64,000 nucleotides of DNA from Pseudomonadales bacterium (GTDB lineage Bacteria; Pseudomonadota; Gammaproteobacteria; Pseudomonadales; Azotimanducaceae), in contig JASLQO010000009.1 in assembly GCA_030744435.1 (NCBI GenBank), positions 254,176-318,175 on the forward strand. The letters are read 5' to 3'. Position 1 is the first letter of the stretch. Each line of letters begins with the position of its first letter. Positions 55,789 through 63,399 of this stretch are shown here, one piece after another. Both the position numbers and the translations under genes were made by a program. The notes under the pieces are model-generated. The model did not search any database, was not told the origin of the DNA, and was given only the letters and a program-made list of their open reading frames with translations.

Positions 55789-56958
55789 TCAGGACCCGGT
55801 CAGCTCACCGGCAATGATCATTTTGCGAATCTCACTGGTGCCTGCACCGATCTCGAGTGCTCTTGCAGCGCGATAGAGCCGATTGACCTCACTTTCCCAC
55901 ATGAATCCGGACCCGCCGTGAATCTGCACCGCGTGGTCGACGATGGAGCGGGTCTGCTGCGCGCAGAATAGCGCGGCCGCCGCGCTCAGTTTGTGTATTT
56001 CCCCGCGCCCGCCCTCGTCGGCGCGCAGATCGTTGCACGCCCTGGCAACCCGGTAGGCGAAAGCACGGCATGCTTCCAGTGACGTGTACATCTCGGCCAG
56101 TTTCGCCTGTATGAGTTGAAAGTTTCCGATCGGTTGTCCGAACTGTTCGCGCGTCGTGGCGTAGTCGAGCGACAGCTCGAGCGCGCGTTCTCCCAGCCCC
56201 AGCGTGCTCACCGCGAGGAAGGCGCGCTCCAGATCCAGTCCGGACATGAGTACGGAGATGCCACGATGCTCCTCACCGAGGAGGTTTTCGGCCGGTACCC
56301 GGCAATCGCTGAACACCAGTTCGCTGGTAGGGCTGCCACGGTAGCCCATCTTGCGCAGCGTTTTACCGGAGGCGAAGCCCTCGAAAGCGCGTTCGACAAT
56401 GAATGCCGAAACCCGTTCCGGCCCGTTGTCCTGTGCCCGGGTTTTGGCATAGACGAGGACGACGTCCGCGATGGGCCCGTTGGTGATGAACTGCTTGGAT
56501 CCATTCAGCAGATAGGTATCTCCCTCGCGGCGGGCGGTGGTGCGCATGCTCCCGATGGCATCAGAACCCGCACCGGGTTCTGTGAGCGCCAGGGCGCCTG
56601 TCTTCCTTCCAGAGCACAGGTCCGGCAGGTGCCTGGCGTGTTGGTCCTCGTTTCCATTGCGAAGGAGGTTGTTGACGCACAGATTGTCGTGCGTGCCATA
56701 GCTGAAGCCGACGGCCGGATTCCATTTCGTAATCGATTGCAAGATCAGGGTGCTGGAGAAGAAATCCAGCCCCGCACCGCCATAGATCTCCGGCACCGTT
56801 ACCCCCAGATAGCCGATCTCACCGAGCCTGGGGAACACGTCATCCGGCCACCATTCTTCGTCGTCCATCTTCTGCTGTAGCGGGTAGAGCTGTTCCCGGG
56901 CAAAGCGATCGGACTGACTGAGAATCTCACGAGATTCGACACTGAGTTCATCGTTCAT
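55789..56958 (-). CDS. acyl-CoA dehydrogenase
   Basis: ORF trimmed to ATG 56958 (MNDELSVESREILSQSDRFAREQL). LTEPGAGSDA, FITNGPIAD, EIGAGTSEIRKMIIAGEL. Confidence 0.9.
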   Translation of the reverse strand: MNDELSVESREILSQSDRFAREQLYPLQQKMDDEEWWPDDVFPRLGEIGYLGVTVPEIYGGAGLDFFSSTLILQSITKWNPAVGFSYGTHDNLCVNNLLRNGNEDQHARHLPDLCSGRKTGALALTEPGAGSDAIGSMRTTARREGDTYLLNGSKQFITNGPIADVVLVYAKTRAQDNGPERVSAFIVERAFEGFASGKTLRKMGYRGSPTSELVFSDCRVPAENLLGEEHRGISVLMSGLDLERAFLAVSTLGLGERALELSLDYATTREQFGQPIGNFQLIQAKLAEMYTSLEACRAFAYRVARACNDLRADEGGRGEIHKLSAAAALFCAQQTRSIVDHAVQIHGGSGFMWESEVNRLYRAARALEIGAGTSEIRKMIIAGELTGS

Positions 56959-56975
56959 CGGCACCTCTGACCCGG

Positions 56976-57003
56976 TTGCATCCGGGAGAACCAAAGCTAT
57001 AAT
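56976..57003 (+). promoter_or_regulatory. sigma70-like promoter for the esterase operon
   Basis: TTGCAT (56976-56981), 16-nt spacer, perfect TATAAT (56998-57003). About 45 nt upstream of ATG 57048. Confidence 0.45.
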
Positions 57004-57004
57004 C

Positions 57005-57038
57005 CTGAGGATCTGAGGATAGCTCATTTACTGAGGAA
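57005..57038. repeat. CTGAGGA(T/A) octamer repeats overlapping the predicted transcription start
   Basis: CTGAGGAT at 57005-57012 and 57013-57020 (tandem), CTGAGGAA at 57031-57038. The last copy is followed by CACTCAAAT, reminiscent of the CTGAGT..CACTTGACA core of the 48-bp element read on the gene strand. Confidence 0.5.
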
Positions 57039-57047
57039 CACTCAAAT

Positions 57048-58649
57048 ATGAGGGTGCTGTGCTTACTGCTGGGTTTGATTGCCTCGCCGGCACTCCTGGC
57101 GATGAGCGTGCCCGATGCGCGTTGTGTCGAACTCGCTGATGTGGTGGTCGATTCGGTTGGCGCGCTGAGCACAAAGCCGGTTCGTCAGTCGGATTCGCAG
57201 CCATCGCAGTGGCCGCGCGACGAAGTGGGTGCGACGGTCGTCCCAGTTCCGGACTATTGCCGGGTGCGGGGAACACTACGGCCAGCCATCGGATTCGAGG
57301 TCCGGTTACCACTCGAGAACTGGAACGGAAAGTTCTACATGGCGGGCTGCGGTGGGTTCTGCGGAGAGGTACTTCCGGATCGGTCCGGATATTCCAACGC
57401 CATAAACGTCGCCCTCGCCAGAGGCTATGCGGTGGTGACGTCCGACGCGGGGCACTGGGGAGAGAGTCGAGTGGATGCGTTCTGGGCATATCAGAATCGT
57501 TGCGCAGAAATCGATTGGGCGCACCGGAGCATTCCCGCAGTGACCCACGCGGCGCGCAAAATCGTCGCTCGGTTTTATGGATCACCGCCTGTGCGTTCCT
57601 ACTTTTCGGGCTGCTCGAACGGCGGCCGCATGGGCGCCATTGCCATGCAGCGCTACCCCGAGCTATTCGACGGGGTGATCATCGGCGCGCCTGCGCTCGA
57701 CTGGAGAACCCTGTCGCTGTATTCCGTCGCCGTCACGGCGGCCAATACCGATGCGCAGGGCCGGTACATACTCGATCACAAGAAACTCGCGGTACTGCAC
57801 GACGCGGTTGTGCAGGAGTGCGACGCGCGCGATGGTCTCACAGACGGTCTGATCGCCGACCCGCGACAGTGCAGGTTCGATGCGCGAACGCTCCTGTGCT
57901 CCGTAGGCGAGAATGAAGGTGCTTGTCTGACCCGCGAAGAAGTTCAGACCGTAGAGGGCTGGTATGCGGGATTGCAGAACGGCCACGGCGTGGACTGGCC
58001 GTTTCGAATGCCCCAGGGATCGGAACCATACTGGCGGCGCTGGTATGCACCGGCGCCGGGTCAGCAAGGTGCCGGTTATCTGTTTTCTGACGGGCTGATC
58101 CGCTACATCATGTACGAGCGTGACCCGGGCCCCGAATTCAGCCCCCTGGATGTCGACTTGGATGTGTATCCCCGGCAGATGGAAACCATGCGCCAGCTGG
58201 TACGCGCGGATGCCACGGATCTCGGCCGGTTCAGAGATCGGGGTGGTAAGGCAATCCTTTATCAGGGTTACGCGGATCCGGCAGCCATCCCCGAGATGAC
58301 CATCGGCTACTATGAGGACGTGCTCGAGACGATGGGCGGTCAGCGAGCCGTGGATGAGTTCCTGCGCCTGTTCATGATTCCCGGAGCCGGACACTGTTTC
58401 GAACCACCGCGCAACATCCCCGATCACTTCGACCCGCTGGCTGCGCTGGAACGCTGGGTGGAACGAGATATCGAACCGCGGCAAATGATCGCCGCGCAGT
58501 GGGACGCCAGCGGTGAGGTGGTCCGGTCCCGTCCGCTGTGCAGCTATCCCGGCGTTGCACGCTACCGGGGCAGAGGTAATGTCGACGAAGCAGGCAGCTT
58601 CGTGTGCGTCGCGCCCGACACTGGGGCTGATGGAGAGACGAACGAATGA
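57048..58649 (+). CDS. tannase/feruloyl-esterase family alpha/beta hydrolase, secreted
   Basis: Signal peptide MRVLCLLLGLIASPALLAMS. NGKFYMAGCGGFCG, nucleophile context FSGCSNGGRMG, C-terminal IPGAGHC. Confidence 0.85.
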   Translation: MRVLCLLLGLIASPALLAMSVPDARCVELADVVVDSVGALSTKPVRQSDSQPSQWPRDEVGATVVPVPDYCRVRGTLRPAIGFEVRLPLENWNGKFYMAGCGGFCGEVLPDRSGYSNAINVALARGYAVVTSDAGHWGESRVDAFWAYQNRCAEIDWAHRSIPAVTHAARKIVARFYGSPPVRSYFSGCSNGGRMGAIAMQRYPELFDGVIIGAPALDWRTLSLYSVAVTAANTDAQGRYILDHKKLAVLHDAVVQECDARDGLTDGLIADPRQCRFDARTLLCSVGENEGACLTREEVQTVEGWYAGLQNGHGVDWPFRMPQGSEPYWRRWYAPAPGQQGAGYLFSDGLIRYIMYERDPGPEFSPLDVDLDVYPRQMETMRQLVRADATDLGRFRDRGGKAILYQGYADPAAIPEMTIGYYEDVLETMGGQRAVDEFLRLFMIPGAGHCFEPPRNIPDHFDPLAALERWVERDIEPRQMIAAQWDASGEVVRSRPLCSYPGVARYRGRGNVDEAGSFVCVAPDTGADGETNE

Positions 58650-59779
58650 CACGCAAGGCGGTGATCGGTGGCATCGGCCACACGGAGTTTGGGCGATTTC
58701 CAGAGCGCACGGCATTCGACCTCGAGGTGGAAGCTGCCAGACGCGCGGTGGAAGATGCAGGGCTCAGGCCGGATGAAGTCGATGGGCTGATCACGGATCC
58801 CGGCCCGGCGCAGGGTATTCTCGACGGCATCACGCCGCACTATCTGGCGCTCGGTCAATACCTCGGTATCGATCCGGCGTATGCGGGATCCGACATTCTC
58901 GGCGGCGCCAGCAGCGCCGCCATCGTGCAGCGCGCGGTACTCGCGGTCGAGGCGGGTCTGTGTTCGGTCTGCCTGTGCGTGTACGGCGACTCGGCGCTTT
59001 CTTCACCGGGTTCTTTCGGCTATGGCCGCGGGGACGATGCGGCGTTCGGGCTGTTCGGCGCGGTTGGCCTGCATGCGCTAGCGGCTCGCCGTCACATGCA
59101 CCGCTGGGGCACCACCAGCGGGCAACTGGCCGAAGTCGCCATCGCCGCGCGGGCGCACGCCATGCGCACCCCGCACGCGCAGAAGAGGCAGCCGCTCACA
59201 CTCAAGCAGTACCAGGCCGCCGATTCGATCGTCGAACCCCTCAATCGTCACGATTGCTGTCTGGTGTCGGATGGCGCCGCTGCCGTACTGGTGGTTTCTT
59301 CCGACCGGGCTGCGGACCTTCGTCACATGCCGACACGAATTCTCGGGCATGGACAGGCTAGCAGCCTGTCGACCTGGTCTTCGCCCGGGCATTTCGACAC
59401 CCTGCCCGCGGCCCGGTGCGGTCCGGAGGCCTTCGCGCGAGCGGGTGTGAGCACTGCCGACGTGGATGTCGCAATGCTCTATGACTGTTTCACGATCGTG
59501 GTGTTGATGCAGCTCGAAGATTACGGTTTCTGCGAAAGGGGAGAGGCCGGCGCATTCGTCGCGGAAGGCCGCATTGGTCCGGGCGGGAGTTTTCCGGTCA
59601 ATCCCAGTGGTGGACTGTTGGCGGAAGGGTACGGCGGCGGGATGATGCATATCATCGAAGCGGTGCGGCAGCTGCGTGGGATCGCGGGTGAACGGCAGCT
59701 CGACGCACCTGAGATAGCGTTGGTTACGGGCCACGGATTGGGTATGAATACGCATTCGACCCTGATCCTCGCAGCTTGA
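58646..59779 (+). CDS. thiolase-fold (SCP-x/lipid-transfer type) protein, apparently lacking the nucleophilic Cys
   Basis: AVIGGIGHTEFGR..., NPSGGLLAEG. The expected C(A/G)(S/T)G nucleophile position reads LGGASSAA. ATGA overlap with the esterase gene. Confidence 0.8.
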   Translation: MTRKAVIGGIGHTEFGRFPERTAFDLEVEAARRAVEDAGLRPDEVDGLITDPGPAQGILDGITPHYLALGQYLGIDPAYAGSDILGGASSAAIVQRAVLAVEAGLCSVCLCVYGDSALSSPGSFGYGRGDDAAFGLFGAVGLHALAARRHMHRWGTTSGQLAEVAIAARAHAMRTPHAQKRQPLTLKQYQAADSIVEPLNRHDCCLVSDGAAAVLVVSSDRAADLRHMPTRILGHGQASSLSTWSSPGHFDTLPAARCGPEAFARAGVSTADVDVAMLYDCFTIVVLMQLEDYGFCERGEAGAFVAEGRIGPGGSFPVNPSGGLLAEGYGGGMMHIIEAVRQLRGIAGERQLDAPEIALVTGHGLGMNTHSTLILAA

Positions 59780-59789
59780 GGGAGAGACC

Positions 59790-60242
59790 ATGAGCGCCAC
59801 AGGGAGCGAAGCATATCCGTTACCCCAGCCAACAACGTTCACCCGACCATTCTGGGAGGCTTGTCAGAATCGGCAGCTGGGAGTTGCCGTCTGCCGGAAT
59901 TGCGGGCACCGGTTCATGCCCGGGGCACCGAACTGCCCGCAATGCTGGTCGGGCGATCCGGACTTCCAGTCCGTGTCCGGCAGGGGCGAGGTAGTCAGCT
60001 TCGCGGTCTACCGTCGCACCTATCATCCAGCCATTCCTGCACCCTATGTCGTGGCGCTAGTTCAGCTGGAAGAGGGGCCAAGGATGATATCCAATATCGT
60101 CGAATGTGCGCCTGAAGCCGTTGCCATAGGCATACGTGTGGAAGTCTGTTTTCAATCAGAAGCCGGTTTCCTGTTACCGCGATTCGTACCTGTCGGTACG
60201 GGTAGCACCGATCCATCAATCAGCTCCCCCGCGAGGACGTGA
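59790..60242 (+). CDS. DUF35 OB-fold/zinc-ribbon protein
   Basis: FWEACQNRQLGVAVCRNCGHRFMPGAPNCPQC zinc ribbon followed by an OB-fold segment. The usual partner of SCP-x-type thiolase-like proteins. Confidence 0.85.
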   Translation: MSATGSEAYPLPQPTTFTRPFWEACQNRQLGVAVCRNCGHRFMPGAPNCPQCWSGDPDFQSVSGRGEVVSFAVYRRTYHPAIPAPYVVALVQLEEGPRMISNIVECAPEAVAIGIRVEVCFQSEAGFLLPRFVPVGTGSTDPSISSPART

Positions 60243-61087
60243 AAATGACTGACCGCCCGAAAACACAGCGCCGCAGACACATTGGTCAATACATGGCCTC
60301 CGGGGAATGGGGAGATTATTGGAGCACCGGTATAAGCCGTGCCCAGGGCGGCAAGATCCTGGTGCGAGGTTACCCCGTCGAGGAACTGATCGAACGCTTG
60401 AGCTACACCGAGTCGGCGTTTCTCATTCTGCGCGGAGAGCTCCCGGATGAGCGTGAGACGGCTCTGTTCGATCTAGTACTGCGCAGCGGCATGGATCAGC
60501 AGTTCATCAGCGCGGCGGTCGGTGCGGCGCGCTTCACAGCATCGGCGTTCCCGGACTCCGTCGTCCCGGCGCTGGCGAGCGGCATGCTGGCGACGGGTTC
60601 GGTTACCGGCTCACCGCAGGAGCCAGCCGAGATGCTGATCGAGGCCGCCGCGTGGGATCTGGACGTGGAGCAGGCGAGTGCACGCGCGGTCGATCTCTGG
60701 CTGGAGCGGCGTGCCGCCGTTCCCGGACTGGGTCACCCGTTGCACAAGGAGGCGGAACCCAGAGCTGTTACCGTGCGTCGTCTTGCGATGCAGCGAGACG
60801 GATGGCGCGGCCATGGCTGCTTGCTGGACGCCATCGAAAGCGAACTCGAAGATCGCAAAGGACGCCACATCCCGATCAATCTCGCCGGCGCTCTCGGTGC
60901 TATCCTCGCGGACCTGGAGTTCGACCCGTTGATCATAGGCGGTATGGGCGCATTGAATTATGGGATGGCTCTGCTTGCGCACATAACGGAGGAGATTCGC
61001 GAGGGCGTGCCGTTGCGTATCATCCCGGACGAACTCGGCGCTCACTATACTGGTCCTGCCGAGCGCCATATGGGTGAAGACTCATGA
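60239..61087 (+). CDS. citrate-synthase-fold, citryl-CoA-lyase-like protein (divergent)
   Basis: ILVRGYPVEELIERLSYTESAFLILRGELPDE, VPGLGHPLHK (GH..YK-type motif). The HGGA-type motif position reads GSVTGSPQE. GTGA overlap upstream and ATGA overlap downstream. Confidence 0.65.
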   Translation: MKMTDRPKTQRRRHIGQYMASGEWGDYWSTGISRAQGGKILVRGYPVEELIERLSYTESAFLILRGELPDERETALFDLVLRSGMDQQFISAAVGAARFTASAFPDSVVPALASGMLATGSVTGSPQEPAEMLIEAAAWDLDVEQASARAVDLWLERRAAVPGLGHPLHKEAEPRAVTVRRLAMQRDGWRGHGCLLDAIESELEDRKGRHIPINLAGALGAILADLEFDPLIIGGMGALNYGMALLAHITEEIREGVPLRIIPDELGAHYTGPAERHMGEDS

Positions 61088-62637
61088 TTCATCCCTACTC
61101 TCATTATCCTGCGCGGGCGGCGCGGCACTGGCCGGATCACATCGCTCTGGTGGATGGGGATGAGACCCGAACCTACGCCGAACTGGATGTGAGGGCCAGC
61201 GGCATAGCCCTGTCTCTTCAAAACGCCGGTCTCGAAGTGGGGGAGCGGGTCGCGGTGCTGCAACACAATTGCATTGCTTATGTCGAGTCGGTCATTGGCA
61301 TCGCCAGAGCCGGCGGCGTACTCGTGCCGCTGCTCGGGGCGCTGACACCCCGAGAGCACAGCTACATTCTGGCTGATTCCGGTGCCCGTTTTGCCATCGC
61401 GCTGACGTCGGCGGGAGTGGCGGCGCTGCGTTCTGCGTCCGACGAAGGGTTGACGCTTCTGGCATTCGCAGGGGGCGAGGGCGTCATCGATCTCTCGCCT
61501 AAGGAAGCGCCACAGGGTTCGTTGACGCTCGTCGACCGGCCACCGTCGCAGATTGCCCAGATCCTCTACACATCAGGCACTACCGGTCAACCGAAAGGTG
61601 TTACCCACAGCTATGCCAGTGTGTCGGCAGCAATGAATTTCTGGGCCCAGAAATTCGACCTCGGTACGGAGGACCGTCTTCTCGGACAGCTGGCGCTGAG
61701 TCACTTCTGCGGTAGGGCAATGGACAGCTGCTGGGTAGCCGGTGCCCGTCTGGTCATACTTCCCGAGGCGGATCCGGCCGCCATTCTGGAGACCATCGAC
61801 GAGCAGAACATCACCATGATGTTGGTTGTGCCGACGCTGTTGCGCATGCTGCTCGATCACGAGGACGCCGTAAAAAGGGATCTCGGCAGTTTGAGGGCGG
61901 TCGTATATGCCGCTTCACCTGCGGCTCCGTCCCTGGTTGAACGTGCCTGCGATCGTCTCGGGGAGGTCTTGTACACCGGATTCGGGCAGACCGAGGCGTA
62001 CGGCCTCAATACCTTTATGGGCCCCCGGGAACACCAGCAGGCGCTTACCGAGGGCGGGCATCGTCTGACATCCGTGGGCCGGGAGTGCGCGGTCGCGCAG
62101 GTGCGTATCCGCTCCGAAGACGGTGAGGATGTCGCCACTGGTGAAGTTGGAGAAATCTGGGTCTCGGCACCGTGGGCCACGCCGGGATTCTGGCAGCGTC
62201 CGGACCTGGACGAACAGCGTCTGACAAACGGCTGGCTGCGGACGGGTGATCTGGGTCGCATGGACGAAAGTGGGTACATCTACCTTGCAGATCGGCGCGA
62301 AGACATGATCATTACCGGTGGTTTCAATGTCTATCCTGCGGAGATCGAGAATTGCCTGGTGGCGCACCCGGCGGTTGTTGAGTGCGGGGCCTTCTCCGTG
62401 CCGGACGCAAAATGGGGTGAAGCGGTGAATGCCTCGGTGGTGCTGCGTGAAGGGATGTTGGTCGGTGAGGAAGAGTTGCTGGCGTTCGCGAAGGCGAATC
62501 TCGCCCGATTCAAGGTGCCTAAGTCGATTCACGTGATGGAGGAACTTCCGAAAACGGCGGTCGGTAAAATTCTGCGTCGTTCGTTGCGGGCGCCATTCTG
62601 GGAAGGACAGATGCGGGATGTGCACGGGGTTCAGTAG
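61084..62637 (+). CDS. AMP-dependent acyl-CoA synthetase/ligase
   Basis: YTSGTTGQPKGV, GFGQTE, TGDLGRMDESGYIYLADRRED, PKTAVGKILR. Confidence 0.9.
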   Translation: MIHPYSHYPARAARHWPDHIALVDGDETRTYAELDVRASGIALSLQNAGLEVGERVAVLQHNCIAYVESVIGIARAGGVLVPLLGALTPREHSYILADSGARFAIALTSAGVAALRSASDEGLTLLAFAGGEGVIDLSPKEAPQGSLTLVDRPPSQIAQILYTSGTTGQPKGVTHSYASVSAAMNFWAQKFDLGTEDRLLGQLALSHFCGRAMDSCWVAGARLVILPEADPAAILETIDEQNITMMLVVPTLLRMLLDHEDAVKRDLGSLRAVVYAASPAAPSLVERACDRLGEVLYTGFGQTEAYGLNTFMGPREHQQALTEGGHRLTSVGRECAVAQVRIRSEDGEDVATGEVGEIWVSAPWATPGFWQRPDLDEQRLTNGWLRTGDLGRMDESGYIYLADRREDMIITGGFNVYPAEIENCLVAHPAVVECGAFSVPDAKWGEAVNASVVLREGMLVGEEELLAFAKANLARFKVPKSIHVMEELPKTAVGKILRRSLRAPFWEGQMRDVHGVQ

Positions 62638-62795
62638 GGTCAGTGGAGTGGGTGTGGCAATGGCGTTGTGCCATCGAGGCAATCGTAACTGGCTGATCCG
62701 CGCTAGAATCTCCTGAATAACAATGATCCCAGGGGGACACCACGCCACGTCTATGTGAAGTCAGTCGCGATGAGGCGCCGGACCACACTTAGCGT

Positions 62796-63374
62796 ATGTA
62801 TCGATTTCTGTTCGGAGACGAGGATCCGGTGGCCGAGCCGGGCACCGATACGGGTACGTCGGGTAACTAGTGGACGGTTTTTGCTCTGGTACTGGATTGC
62901 TTCGATCACGCGGTGGAGGGGTTTCGCTTATATCGCAGCGAGAATCGCCAGCTCCACCCGATGCTTCGTGAACTGGGCCAGACCCGTGCAGGTTAGGTGC
63001 GCGGTAGCCAATTCGTCTTCTCACAACATTGCAAGTCCATGCGCTACCTTGGCTTCAAGGAAGAACGGATCGAAGCCGTACCGCACTGGCAGGCGGCGAA
63101 GTGTTTTTCGGAAGTCGAGCGGCTGGTGCTCGCCTACGCGGATTGTCTGGTGAATCACGGCGGACGTACTCCGGCGGGCTTGTTCGATGCACCGAAGGAA
63201 CACCTCACGGATGAGGAGATTCTCGAGTTTACCTACATAACATGTCTCTACGAGGTGCATGCCAGGATGTGCAGGGCGCTGCGGCTGGAATACGATGACG
63301 TTGACGAGCGTATCGTGGAGATTCCCGCGCCGGGATCAGGAGGTGACATTCTGCGGGCCGTGGACGAGGACTGA
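62796..63374 (+). pseudogene. carboxymuconolactone-decarboxylase (AhpD-like) family gene with two in-frame TAG codons
   Basis: A single frame from ATG 62796 reads MYRFLFGDEDPVAEPGTDTGTSGN*WTVFALVLDCFDHAVEGFRLYRSENRQLHPMLRELGQTRAG*VRGSQFVFSQHCKSMRYLGF...ERLVLAYADCL.... The TAG codons are at 62868-62870 and 62994-62996. Track ORF 62997..63374 is the last third of this frame. Confidence 0.7.
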
Positions 63375-63399
63375 CAGCACGGCCGGCTTCGGGCCGCGT

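Noticed and set aside
57005-57038. Short tandem repeats considered as a possible CRISPR or minisatellite.
   Set aside because: There are only three 8-bp units with no spacers of CRISPR size and no cas genes. They are better explained as operator-like repeats at a promoter.
57663-58715. 350-aa minus-strand ORF opposite the tannase-family gene.
   Set aside because: It is an antisense shadow ORF. The plus strand has a signal peptide and the GCSNGG esterase motif.
62868-62996. Two in-frame TAG codons considered as programmed recoding (pyrrolysine or suppression).
   Set aside because: No pyl genes or PYLIS-like context are visible in the window. Other clearly dead genes here also carry TAG/TAA stops together with frameshifts and deletions, so ordinary pseudogenisation is the simpler reading. 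It is kept as a finding only because it is cheap to test.
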